A program made the translations under genes and the position numbers. Below, in pieces: positions 28,416 to 38,361 of a stretch of DNA of 64,000 nucleotides. Every line of letters starts with the position of its first letter. Position 1 is the first letter of the stretch. The notes below the pieces were generated by a model, which was given only the letters and a program-made list of their open reading frames with translations, searched no databases and was not told where the DNA came from. This DNA is from an uncultured Acidobacteriaceae bacterium (lineage in GTDB: Bacteria; Acidobacteriota; Terriglobia; Terriglobales; Acidobacteriaceae), in NCBI GenBank assembly GCA_963798035.1, contig CAWCRW010000005.1, positions 133,227 to 197,226 of the forward strand, read 5' to 3'.

Positions 28416-28649
28416 CTTGCCTCCGGAGCGCGGCACATAGCACTATTGATATAGCACTCATTGGGCCATAGCCGTCCGCTCTAAGTGATTCTGATCAATG
28501 ACATCAGACGGGTACGCCCGCGTTCCCATTGTCCGCAAGCGCAATGCACTGTCCAGAAACGGACGAGAACCCGCCAGCCGTTCGAAGATCGATCCGGAGA
28601 AGTCGCTCCGGTTTGAACCCGTGATCAGCGGAAATCCTGCGTCGCGGTC

Positions 28650-29076
28650 GAGTAACCCGCCACCCGGAAACTACTCGATTTCGCTGCCGGTACCGTCCGC
28701 AATCTGACTGGGCTCCACGGCCTCTTCGACCGTGTGCCGACGCACAAGCGGGTGTTCCCCAGTCATCCGGTAGGCGCTCGCCCGCGCCTCAGCAATACCA
28801 GTGGTCTCCACGACATTACAGATGCTTCTCATCGGCCACAGCAGAAAGAATCCTGCCCGGCGAACTTCTTTGCGAGTGGCACAGTGAACCAGAAGACGTG
28901 GTCACTCTGACGCTCAACACGCGCACCTCTATTCTTCAATCGGTCGAGCCAAACTTCCCGATTGCGCAGGGGGACATGCTCCTGAAACTCGATTGTGAAC
29001 GAGCCTGCTTCCACGGATTGACTCTAGCAGAAAGCCAACAAGTACCCGTCCCGGGAGAGTAACCCGCTACCCGGAA
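28650..29076. repeat. 20-bp direct repeats bracketing a small gene
   Basis: GAGTAACCCGCCACCCGGAA (28650-28669) and GAGTAACCCGCTACCCGGAA (29057-29076), one mismatch; a degenerate copy at 29041-29056. Confidence 0.8.
28671..29014 (-). pseudogene. Probably frameshifted small hypothetical gene
   Basis: MEAGSFTIEF...DHVF in one frame continues as LVHCATRKEVRRAGFFLLWPMRSICNVVETTGIAEARASAY...EIE* after a 1-nt shift near 28890; the stop abuts the direct repeat. Confidence 0.5.
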
Positions 29077-29147
29077 GTTGCGAAATAGTCAACAGTCGGC
29101 GCCCTTCGTGTCGATGTTGACCTTCCGTTCAGTGTTGCGGTGCTACA

Positions 29148-29435
29148 GTGGGGATCAAATCGGTCTCGGTGCCTTTCGATTCAAAACTCGTTGAAGCACA
29201 GCTTGCACTCAAACGGATCGGTCCCGACGAGATGCCTGCTCTTGCGTGCGATGCCCTGGAAGCTGGCCTCGGTGGCCCCTCTATCCGCAGGCTCGCTGCA
29301 CTGACCAATCCATCCGGCTGGGAAGTCCACCAAATCGTCCCGTCATTCATGGCGGAAGCCGGATTGAATCGCATTACGCTTCAAGAAGCCTCTGTCCGAC
29401 TTGCTCAGCAAATCGCACATCGAATCCTTTCGTAA
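29148..29435 (+). pseudogene. Hypothetical protein, possibly truncated by a premature TAA
   Basis: Protein-like VPFDSKLVEAQLAL...LEAGLGGPSIRRLAAL...; the frame stays open for a further stretch after TAA. Confidence 0.4.
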
Positions 29436-29638
29436 GGAAACTCGCGTCGTCATTTCTTGATCCTCCTCAGAGCTTCGGCGGGACGAATGACATCAATCCC
29501 AAAAGTGCGGCGCGCCTCGCGCCGTTGCCGCTCGCCCCAAACCAAATTGCAGTTTATTTCGCGCCTTCCGGCAAAATAGAGACGTGCACAAATACGCCCC
29601 ATCCGCAGCCGCCCGTTCCCTCCACGAAAAACTGCTCG

Positions 29639-29765
29639 TAAGTCCTTTCCTGAGAGGAATCTGTGGCTAAACCCTTTCTCGAGAGGATTTTGCAGCGGAC
29701 CTTGGCTTGCAACTCCATGCCAATGAGGAATTTCCACCCAGGGTCTGGGGGGGAGTACCCCCCCC
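29639..29765. repeat. Degenerate 29-bp periodic repeats ending in a G7/C8 hairpin
   Basis: Units at 29639-29667 and 29668-29696 (21/29 identical), a weaker third unit from 29710, and GGGGGGG-AGTA-CCCCCCCC at 29747-29765. Confidence 0.65.
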
Positions 29766-29785
29766 ACCACAAGCAGAAACGCGCC

Positions 29786-30586
29786 GTGCCTCGAACCACC
29801 CGCCGCGTCGCGCTCGTCGTCGCCCTTGCCCTCATCGCCCTCGGCCGCGGCTTTGCCGCCGACTCCTACCGCATCGTCCACGCCTACCCGCACGACCAGC
29901 AGGCCTTCACCCAGGGCCTCCTCTATATCGATGGACACCTCTACGAAAGCACCGGCATCGAAGGCCAGTCTTCCCTCCGCGAAGAAGACCTCGAGTCCGG
30001 CCGCATTCTCCAGTTGCACGACGTGCCCAGCAAGTACTTCGCCGAAGGCCTCACCGACTGGGGTTCGACGCTCATCCAGCTCACCTGGCAATCGCACATC
30101 GCTCTGGTCTACGACCGCGCCACGTTCCGCTTTCTCCGCTCGTTCCCCGTCCAGTACGAAGGCTGGGGACTTACCCACGACGCACACAACCTCATCCTCA
30201 GCGACGGCTCCGCAACGCTCCACTTCTTCGACCCCAACACCTTTCACGAAACCCGCAGCATCACCGTCAAGGACCACGGCAAACCCGTCCCCCAACTCAA
30301 CGAACTCGAATTCATCCATGACGAGATCTACGCCAACGTCTGGCATTCCGATCGCATCGCGCGCATCGCACCCGCGACCGGCAAAGTCCTCGGCTGGATC
30401 GACCTCACCGGCCTGCTGCCTTCGAGTGAACACTCCAACAACGAAGCCGTGCTGAACGGAATTGCCTACGATCCCGCCCACGACCGCCTCTTCGTCACCG
30501 GCAAACTCTGGCCCAGACTTTTCGAGATCAAAGTCGTTCCAAGTCAGTCCAAAACTTCCAGCGCCCGGCAGAACATCCCGCGGTAA
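29786..30586 (+). CDS. Glutaminyl-peptide cyclotransferase (plant/bacterial beta-propeller type)
   Basis: YPHD--AFTQGL, ESTG, YFAEGL, QLTW, EGWGLT, LNELE, ANVW, VLNGIA and TGKLWP motifs; signal peptide from GTG 29786. Confidence 0.93.
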   Translation: MPRTTRRVALVVALALIALGRGFAADSYRIVHAYPHDQQAFTQGLLYIDGHLYESTGIEGQSSLREEDLESGRILQLHDVPSKYFAEGLTDWGSTLIQLTWQSHIALVYDRATFRFLRSFPVQYEGWGLTHDAHNLILSDGSATLHFFDPNTFHETRSITVKDHGKPVPQLNELEFIHDEIYANVWHSDRIARIAPATGKVLGWIDLTGLLPSSEHSNNEAVLNGIAYDPAHDRLFVTGKLWPRLFEIKVVPSQSKTSSARQNIPR

Positions 30587-30685
30587 TCCGCAATGACGCC
30601 GGCTCCCGGAACTGGCGATGTGGCATTGATCACACCGCAAGGCGCACGCATCCGCCTATACTTTCGCCCGGAGGCTTGCCCCGCG

Positions 30686-31297
30686 ATGGACCTGTTTTCG
30701 GTTCCCACCGTTCTTCAAAATGCGGCCATCCTCACCGTCATCCTGGCCTTCTTCGGATACCTGGTGACGTTTTTCAGCGCGCGCATGCTGGCTCGCCGCC
30801 GCGACAAACTGGAACTCGTGAACAAGCGCCTCAACGAGTTCTACGGACCGCTCTATGTCGCTTCGGAAGCCGGAAATATCGCCTATCGCTCGCTGCTCAA
30901 CCGGCAAGGCAAAGAGAAAAGCGATCCCATTCTCGACTCGGAGATGAAGGACTGGGTTTTATGGATGACAACCATCTTCATGCCGCTCAATGACATTCGC
31001 GAGAAGATCATCATCGAAAAGGCCTACCTCATCGTCGAACAGCAGATGCCGCAATGCCTTCTCGATTTCGTGACTCACGTCGTCGGCTACAAGGCTGTGC
31101 TTCACAAATGGGCCAACGGCGATTACGGCGAGCGCCGCTCCACCATCGGCTGGCCGCCGGAGTTCGACATCTATGTGCGTCGATCCTATGCCGCTTTGAA
31201 GTTCGAACAAACACGGTTGATGCACAGCGCAGTCTGGAGGCTCTATCACAACCTCCGCGATCGCAAGCCTGCGCAACAGGACTACGCATCGCGCTGA
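30686..31297 (+). CDS. Hypothetical protein with N-terminal TM anchor
   Basis: GGAGG RBS, ATG 30686, TM helix followed by a helical domain (LNEFYGPLY...). Confidence 0.75.
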   Translation: MDLFSVPTVLQNAAILTVILAFFGYLVTFFSARMLARRRDKLELVNKRLNEFYGPLYVASEAGNIAYRSLLNRQGKEKSDPILDSEMKDWVLWMTTIFMPLNDIREKIIIEKAYLIVEQQMPQCLLDFVTHVVGYKAVLHKWANGDYGERRSTIGWPPEFDIYVRRSYAALKFEQTRLMHSAVWRLYHNLRDRKPAQQDYASR

Positions 31298-31307
31298 TGC
31301 GCGGGCC

Positions 31308-32165
31308 TTATACCTGCGCCGTCACTGCCAGGTTTTCCCAAAGGCGCAATGTAGGTTCCGCCTGGTTGATGGTGTAGAAGTGAAGTCCCGGCGCTCCATT
31401 GCGCAACAGCGTTTCACAAAGACGCGTGACCACGCTGAGCCCAAAATCGAGCAACGCCGCTTTGTCGTGTTGCAACTGCTCCAGCCGCAAACGGATCCAG
31501 CGGGGAAGTTCGGCGCCACAGCCATCGCAGAATCGCACCACGTTGGCATAACTCGTAATCGGCATGATTCCAGGCACAACCGGAATCTTTACGCCCGCCT
31601 TCGCGCAGCGCTCCATGAAGTCAAAATACGCATCCGGGTTATAGAAGAGTTGCGTCAGCGCGCTGTCCGCGCCCGCTTCCACCTTGCGGCAAAAATTCTC
31701 AAAGTCCGCCGCCGGACTCTCCGCTTGCGGATGCATTTCGGGATAAGCCGCAACCTCGATCAGGAACGCGTCGCCGTGCCTCTCCCGAATAAACGTCACC
31801 AGTTCGTTTGCGTAATGAAATTCGCCCGGCGCAGAAGCATTCAGCGCCGTCGCAGGCAGATCGCCGCGCAAAGCCACAATCCGCTTCACGCCCGCCTCAA
31901 GATATCGATCCAGCAGATCCGCAACCTTGGCGCGCGTCGATCCCACGCACGTCAGATGCGGCGCAACCTCGATTCCCGTGTGCCCGGCCACCGTCAATAA
32001 AGTTTCGTAAGTGCCGTCCTGGTCCGACCCGCATGCGCCGTGCGTGACTGAGAAATAATCCGGGCTCACTGCGGCAAGACGTTTCAGCGTTTCCGGCAGT
32101 TTTGTCGCTGCCTCTGGAGTACGCGGGGGAAAGAGCTCAAACGAGAAACTCGGCTGTTCTTTCAT
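31308..32165 (-). CDS. metF: 5,10-methylenetetrahydrofolate reductase
   Basis: SFELFPP, PHLTC, ALRGD, AAYPEMHP, TQLF, PGIMPI and LHFYTIN motifs. Confidence 0.96.
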   Translation of the reverse strand: MKEQPSFSFELFPPRTPEAATKLPETLKRLAAVSPDYFSVTHGACGSDQDGTYETLLTVAGHTGIEVAPHLTCVGSTRAKVADLLDRYLEAGVKRIVALRGDLPATALNASAPGEFHYANELVTFIRERHGDAFLIEVAAYPEMHPQAESPAADFENFCRKVEAGADSALTQLFYNPDAYFDFMERCAKAGVKIPVVPGIMPITSYANVVRFCDGCGAELPRWIRLRLEQLQHDKAALLDFGLSVVTRLCETLLRNGAPGLHFYTINQAEPTLRLWENLAVTAQV

Positions 32166-32197
32166 AATGTCTCACTCGAACCTCTATCTAAAATAGG

Positions 32198-32217
32198 AGG
32201 GCCGCTCGCGCGGCCCT
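32198..32217 (-). terminator. Hairpin between ahcY and metF (weak terminator or processing site)
   Basis: Perfect 8-bp stem AGGGCCGC/GCGGCCCT with a 4-nt loop, followed by CCTATTTT on the minus strand. Confidence 0.5.
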
Positions 32218-32234
32218 TCCTTCTACAGATACTT

Positions 32235-33665
<1,431 letters not shown>

Positions 33666-33678
33666 CTAGAAACTCCTC

Positions 33679-33698
33679 ATATCGTTCTATCGTGATAT
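33679..33698. promoter_or_regulatory. Candidate SahR operator
   Basis: ATATC-N10-GATAT 20-bp palindrome in the roughly 50-bp gap between the divergent ahcY and regulator genes, next to the ahcY RBS. Confidence 0.6.
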
Positions 33699-33718
33699 AT
33701 TGATATCAGAAGTTGGCT

Positions 33719-34645
33719 ATGCCGTCAATCGTGAAAATCTTGCGTGCCGCCGCCGATCCCAACCGGCTCCGCATCTTATTGCTTCTAAAGGCTGAAGAGC
33801 TTTCAGTCGCCGAGATGCAGGAAGTCCTGACGATGGGTCAGAGCACCATCTCCACCCACCTCTCGCAGTTGAAGCGGGCCGGATTGGTCGAGGATCGCCG
33901 CACGGGCAAGAGCAACCTGTATCGCTTGAGCGACGCTCCGGGTGGTGTGCTTCAGGAGCTTCTTGGTCAGGCGCAGCACGAAATCCCCGAAGCCTCCGCA
34001 GACCAGGCCGCCATGCGCCGAGTCGTCAAAAAACGCCAGGACAAAATGCGCGCCTTCTTCGACACCATGGCTGGTCGCCTGGGCCGAGACTACGTTCCGG
34101 GCAAATCCTGGAAAAGTCTCGCCGAAGCTTTCCTGCGCCTCTTGCCGCCTATGGTGATCGCCGATCTAGGCGCAGGCGATGGAAGTTTTTCACTCCTGCT
34201 CGCCGAGCGCGCCGCACGAGTCATTGCCGTCGACTCCTCGCAAAAAATGCTCGACGTCGCCCGCGAACAAGCCACTCGGCATGGTGTCAAGAACGCAGAG
34301 TTCCGCCTCGGCGACATGGAAGAAGTCCCCATCGACGATGCGTCCATCGATCTGGTTTTCTTTTCCCAGTCGCTTCACCACGCCGCTCATCCCGAACGGG
34401 CAGTCGCAGAGGCATGGAGAATCCTCCGGCCTTCCGGACGTCTTGTCATCCTCGATCTCGCCAAGCATCGCTTTGAAGAGGCGCGCGAGATGTACGCCGA
34501 CGAATGGCTGGGCTTCAGCGAGGCAGAGATCGAAACCATGCTCACCGCCGCCGGCTTCACCGACATCCGCGCCTCCGTAGTCGACAAAGATCCCGAAGCC
34601 CCGCAATTCCAGACACTCCTGGCCGTCGCAAACAAAACGAGCTAG
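33719..34645 (+). CDS. sahR: ArsR-HTH plus SAM-methyltransferase-domain regulator (SahR-type)
   Basis: ADPNRLRIL...ISTHLSQLKRAGLV HTH followed by IADLGAGDG SAM motif; divergent from ahcY-metF. Confidence 0.8.
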   Translation: MPSIVKILRAAADPNRLRILLLLKAEELSVAEMQEVLTMGQSTISTHLSQLKRAGLVEDRRTGKSNLYRLSDAPGGVLQELLGQAQHEIPEASADQAAMRRVVKKRQDKMRAFFDTMAGRLGRDYVPGKSWKSLAEAFLRLLPPMVIADLGAGDGSFSLLLAERAARVIAVDSSQKMLDVAREQATRHGVKNAEFRLGDMEEVPIDDASIDLVFFSQSLHHAAHPERAVAEAWRILRPSGRLVILDLAKHRFEEAREMYADEWLGFSEAEIETMLTAAGFTDIRASVVDKDPEAPQFQTLLAVANKTS

Positions 34646-34714
34646 CACCTGCTCCCGCGTGCTCGGAGTTTCGCACCGCCCGTTTGTCCTCCCGTAAGAA
34701 CCAACCCACAGAAC

Positions 34715-34789
34715 TGTCTTCCTGAGCGAAGCAGCTTGGGGACCCATCGAGTTCACGCGATGGGGTAAAGCGGAGCGAAGGATCTGCTT
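34715..34789. repeat. REP-like palindromic element, copy B
   Basis: TGTCTTCCTGAGCGAAGCAGCTTGGGGACCCATCG...CGATGGGGTAAAGCGGAGCGAAGGATCTGCTT. Confidence 0.7.
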
Positions 34790-34915
34790 CGTCCCACAAG
34801 CGCAACGAACTTCACAGTCCCCCCACTCGCCTCGCGTCGCAAACCGTGCACCGAATCCAATCAACCCATCGCGAGTCTAAAATGCTTGAGAAGTCGAACG
34901 CACGAAAGAATTCAT

Positions 34916-35266
34916 ATGACCGCCTCAGCCAATAAACCGCTCGCGGCAACAGCGACTGCAGGCGCGCCGCGTCTCACCCGCGCCCGCCGCACCGCCGTCC
35001 TCAAGGCATTGGCCGACCCGCGACGCTTCGAGTTGCTGGAACGTATCGCCAAAGCCAACTGTCCCCTGGGCTGCTCGCAAGCTCTAACCGCACTGCAGAT
35101 TTCCCCCGCAACGTTGTCCCATCACGTCAAAGAACTCGAGTCTGCCGGTCTCATCGAGATTGAGCGCGTGGGCAAGTTCCACAATCTCAAGCTCCGTCCG
35201 GGGGTTCTGGATGCCCTGGCCGAGACACTCCAGGCGCTCAACACCTCCGCCTGCCCCTCCCGCTGA
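34916..35266 (+). CDS. ArsR/SmtB-family transcriptional regulator
   Basis: LKALADPRRFELL...ATLSHHVKELESAGLI HTH; CPLGC and a C-terminal Cys. Confidence 0.88.
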   Translation: MTASANKPLAATATAGAPRLTRARRTAVLKALADPRRFELLERIAKANCPLGCSQALTALQISPATLSHHVKELESAGLIEIERVGKFHNLKLRPGVLDALAETLQALNTSACPSR

Positions 35267-35326
35267 CAGCCCCCAAAATCGATTTCCACAATCGTTCTGA
35301 ATCCAATTCGTTCCTTGTTCCATCAA

Positions 35327-35350
35327 TTCGACAGTTATCGAAATGTCGAA
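35327..35350. promoter_or_regulatory. Palindromic operator upstream of the SDR gene
   Basis: TTCGACA-N10-TGTCGAA, with a nested TTCGA-N6-TCGAA. Confidence 0.55.
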
Positions 35351-35379
35351 ACGATGACATTCCGGTCGGGAGCAGAAAA

Positions 35380-36129
35380 ATGAAGAATCTTGAAGGCAAA
35401 GTTGCACTGGTCACCGGTGCATCCAAGGGCATTGGCGCCGCCGTGGCGCTTGAGCTTGCGTCGCGTGGCGCAGCGGTCGCGGTCAACTATTCAGGCAGCA
35501 AGGCCGGCGCAGACAAAGTTGTCGCCGAAATCAAGAAAGCCGGGGGCAAGGCAATTGCAGTCCAGGCCAACGTCGCGGACCCCGATACCATCGGGCCTCT
35601 GGTAAGCACAGTCGTCCAGCAGCTCGGTCCCATCAGCATCCTCGTCAACAATGCGGGTATCTACGAGTTCGGGCCTCTCGAGGCAGTGACGCCGGAGCAC
35701 TTCCACAAACAATTCAACGTGAATGTGCTGGGACTTCTGCTCACCACACAGGCTGCGGTAAAGCAGTTTGATCCCAAAGGCGGCAGCGTCATCAACATTG
35801 GCTCAGTCGCCGCGGCAGGCATCCCATCCGCATCGGTGTACAGCGCCACCAAGGGTGCACTCGATTCCATTACCGTGGCTCTCGCCGGCGAACTCGGCGC
35901 GAAAAAGATTCGTGTGAATTCGCTGAACCCCGGCATGATTGAAACCGAAGGCACGCACACCGCGGGCTTCATCGGCAGCGACTTCCACAAGAAAACAGAG
36001 CAGGAGACGCCGCTCGGCCGCATCGGCCAGCCGCAGGACGTTGCTTCCATCGCTGCGTTCCTTGCCTCCGACGACTCCTACTGGGTCACCGGCCAATTCA
36101 TCAAGGCCTCGGGCGGCGCACGTCTCTGA
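35380..36129 (+). CDS. Short-chain dehydrogenase/reductase
   Basis: TGASKGIG, NNAG, YSATK and PGMIET motifs. Confidence 0.95.
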   Translation: MKNLEGKVALVTGASKGIGAAVALELASRGAAVAVNYSGSKAGADKVVAEIKKAGGKAIAVQANVADPDTIGPLVSTVVQQLGPISILVNNAGIYEFGPLEAVTPEHFHKQFNVNVLGLLLTTQAAVKQFDPKGGSVINIGSVAAAGIPSASVYSATKGALDSITVALAGELGAKKIRVNSLNPGMIETEGTHTAGFIGSDFHKKTEQETPLGRIGQPQDVASIAAFLASDDSYWVTGQFIKASGGARL

Positions 36130-36134
36130 TCCCG

Positions 36135-37208
36135 TCAACCTCGCTCAGCGCGCAACAGTTGGCGTTTACGTTCCACTCCCCAGCGGTACCCGCTAAGGGC
36201 GCCGCTGGCGCCGACCACGCGATGGCACGGCACCACCAGGGCCACGCGATTGGTCGCGCACGCTCTTGCCACGGCGCGTGTTGCTTTGGGATCGCCGAGT
36301 TGACGCGCCACTTCGCTGTAGCTGCGCGTTTCTCCGCGCGGAATCTGGCGCAGCGCTTGCCAGACGCGTAGCTGGAAAACCGTTCCCCTCAAGTCAAGCG
36401 AGTCGATCCGCGACCGGCTCGCCGTGAGATCGTCTCCGTCACGTACGCTGGCGAGGGCTACATCCACGAGCCGCGAGAGCGACACATCGCGCCGCAGCTT
36501 TGCTTCCGGAAACTCGGCGCGCAGGCTAGCTTCCGCGTCGCTTCGCGTGGCCGCAAGCGACAACCAGCAGAGACCGCGCTCCGTGGCGCCGACAATCACC
36601 CAGCCAAATGGCGAAGAACCGCAGGCCCATCCGATTTTTTCGCCTTCCCCGCCCTTGGCAAAGCGCGCCGGCGTCATGCCGAGTTGTGCGCCGTCATACG
36701 CGCGGCTCGACGAGCCAAATCCGGCTTCGTAGATCGCGTCCGTCACGGTATTTCCCTGCCGCAGCGCCGTGCGCAGACTTCCTGCTCTCAGTGCGCGTTG
36801 GTATTGCAGCGGGCTCACGCCCATGGCCCGTTTGAAAAGCCGCTGCACCGTGAAGGGACTCATGCCCGCGATGCGGCCGAGCTGTTCGAGGCGAACTGCG
36901 CGATCGACATGCGCTTCGATGTAGGCTCGAACTTTCTCCAAAGGGTTGCCGGAATCATTGCCCGGAGTGCAGCGCTTGCAGGCACGGAAACCCGCGCCCT
37001 GCGCCTCCTCCACGCTCGAAAAGAAGCGCACGTTTGCGCGCAGCGGCCGCCGGCTCTTGCAGCTCGGCCTGCAGAACACGCCAGTGGTTGTAACCGCGTA
37101 AAAAAAACGTGCGGACACGTCCCGTACCACCAGCTTCTGCCAGGCAGCTTCGGGGTCGAGAGTTGGGTTTAGCGGTGCAGGCATCACGATTTGTGGATTC
37201 GCACTCAT
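36135..37208 (-). CDS. ada: Bifunctional Ada regulator / O6-methylguanine-DNA methyltransferase
   Basis: GVFCRPSC and FRACKRC Zn domain, AraC HTH, PCHRV active site. Confidence 0.95.
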   Translation of the reverse strand: MSANPQIVMPAPLNPTLDPEAAWQKLVVRDVSARFFYAVTTTGVFCRPSCKSRRPLRANVRFFSSVEEAQGAGFRACKRCTPGNDSGNPLEKVRAYIEAHVDRAVRLEQLGRIAGMSPFTVQRLFKRAMGVSPLQYQRALRAGSLRTALRQGNTVTDAIYEAGFGSSSRAYDGAQLGMTPARFAKGGEGEKIGWACGSSPFGWVIVGATERGLCWLSLAATRSDAEASLRAEFPEAKLRRDVSLSRLVDVALASVRDGDDLTASRSRIDSLDLRGTVFQLRVWQALRQIPRGETRSYSEVARQLGDPKATRAVARACATNRVALVVPCHRVVGASGALSGYRWGVERKRQLLRAERG

Positions 37209-37285
37209 GGAACTAGATTGGTCTTTCTTCGTTCTCCCCGCACTCCGGTTCTTGCGCGCAATTCCATTTCTTCGCGCAGGGGAAT

Positions 37286-38023
37286 TCAATTTGCCCGACT
37301 GCGCAGGATCTCTTCGGCCCGTTGCAAATCCTCTTCCGTATCCACACCAATGGTGTCTGCAGGAGCTTCCGCAACGTAGATGCCGATTCCGTTCTCGAGC
37401 AGGCGCAATTGTTCCAGCCGCTCCAGCGTCTCCAGTGGCGAGGGGGCGAGCGCCCCAAATTTTTCGAGCGCAGCCTTGCGGTACGCATAGATTCCCAGGT
37501 GTTTTCGATATCCGGCGAACCCCGTCGCGTCACGATCAAACGGGATCGTCGCCCTCGAGAAATAGAGCCCGCGCCCATCGAGGGCCGTCACCACCTTTAC
37601 CGCGTTCGGATTCCCAAACTCATCTGGTGGGCAGCGCACCGCCAGCGTTGCTACTTCTACCTCCGGCCGGTCAAACAAGGCCAGCAGCGGCTTGAAAAAC
37701 TCTCCGGTCAGCGTCGGTTCATCGCCTTGTATGTTCACGTAGACATCCGCTTCGATCTGCCCCGCCACCTCGCGCACACGATCCGATCCGCTGGCGCAAG
37801 CGGGCGAAGTCATCACCACCGGAATCGCGCGTGCGCGACACACCGCCGCAACCTCGTCTGAATCGGTCGCCACCACTACCGGGTCCATCAGCCCGCTTGC
37901 AGACGCCGCGCGCCACACCCACTCCACCATCGGATGCCCCGCAATCTCGCGCAATACTTTCCGGCTCAGCCGCGTCGATGCGAGCCGCGCCGGAATGACC
38001 CCGGCGATCTGTCTTGTTCTCAT
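37286..38023 (-). CDS. kdsB: 3-deoxy-manno-octulosonate cytidylyltransferase
   Basis: VIPARLASTRL--K, SGSDR, NIQGDEP, HLGIYAY and ERLEQLR motifs; start at ATG 38023. Confidence 0.96.
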   Translation of the reverse strand: MRTRQIAGVIPARLASTRLSRKVLREIAGHPMVEWVWRAASASGLMDPVVVATDSDEVAAVCRARAIPVVMTSPACASGSDRVREVAGQIEADVYVNIQGDEPTLTGEFFKPLLALFDRPEVEVATLAVRCPPDEFGNPNAVKVVTALDGRGLYFSRATIPFDRDATGFAGYRKHLGIYAYRKAALEKFGALAPSPLETLERLEQLRLLENGIGIYVAEAPADTIGVDTEEDLQRAEEILRSRAN

Positions 38024-38151
38024 GCAGGCGAGTCTACAACCTGCCCCGCCCCGACCACCGCAGCCCATCAGCCAAGCGTCGACTCCAAGCCAGAAGCGTC
38101 GCGGCCTGAACCAACCGGCCGCCCAACGTGTCCGCTCCCGACCGTGCTCGT

Positions 38152-38180
38152 TTGACCGCAAATTCAAGCCCCCGTATCAT
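38152..38180 (+). promoter_or_regulatory. Sigma70 promoter of tRNA-Met
   Basis: TTGACC-17 nt-TATCAT upstream of the tRNA. Confidence 0.7.
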
Positions 38181-38216
38181 CTAGAGGGATGCACCCCGCG
38201 CGGCTGCGTCTCTCCT

Positions 38217-38293
38217 GGCGGAGTAGCTCAGATGGTTAGAGCGTGGGATTCATAACCCCAAGGTCGGCAGTTCGATCCTGCCCTCCGCCACCA
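38217..38293 (+). tRNA. tRNA with CAT anticodon (elongator Met; Ile2 not excluded)
   Basis: 77-nt cloverleaf: GGCGGAG/CTCCGCC acceptor stem, GTTCGA T-loop, encoded CCA; G1:C72 pair. Confidence 0.95.
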
Positions 38294-38361
38294 AATCCAG
38301 CGACAAGGCAACCCACCTCGTATCAACAGGCGCATCGCGTCGGCAGAGGAGATTTCACCGA

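Noticed and set aside
28470-28645. Short open frames on both strands next to the ADOP gene
   Set aside because: No RBS, no recognisable motifs and not protein-like; left unannotated.
28650-29076. Integron attC sites
   Set aside because: No RYYYAAC...GTTRRRY boxes or long imperfect palindrome, and no intI gene.
29639-29765. Possible CRISPR array
   Set aside because: Units are adjacent and degenerate with no unique spacers, and there are no cas genes in the window.
29663-29785. N-terminal extension of the glutaminyl cyclase ORF, and similar extensions on actE, actC, amt, kdsB, ada, ribF, mrcA and aroC
   Set aside because: They overlap repeats or neighbouring genes; family homology, signal peptides and RBS positions favour the downstream starts.
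33666-33718. SAH or SAM riboswitch before ahcY
   Set aside because: The gap is about 50 bp and is occupied by the RBS and the palindrome; no aptamer motifs are present.
37250-37265. Ada box upstream of ada
   Set aside because: GCGCAAGA matches the E. coli B box, but the AAT-to-GCAA spacing is 5 rather than 6; too weak to call.
38217-38293. Initiator tRNA-fMet, or attachment site of an integrated element
   Set aside because: G1:C72 is paired and position 31 is A, so it is not an initiator. No integrase and no duplicated tRNA 3' end were seen in the window.
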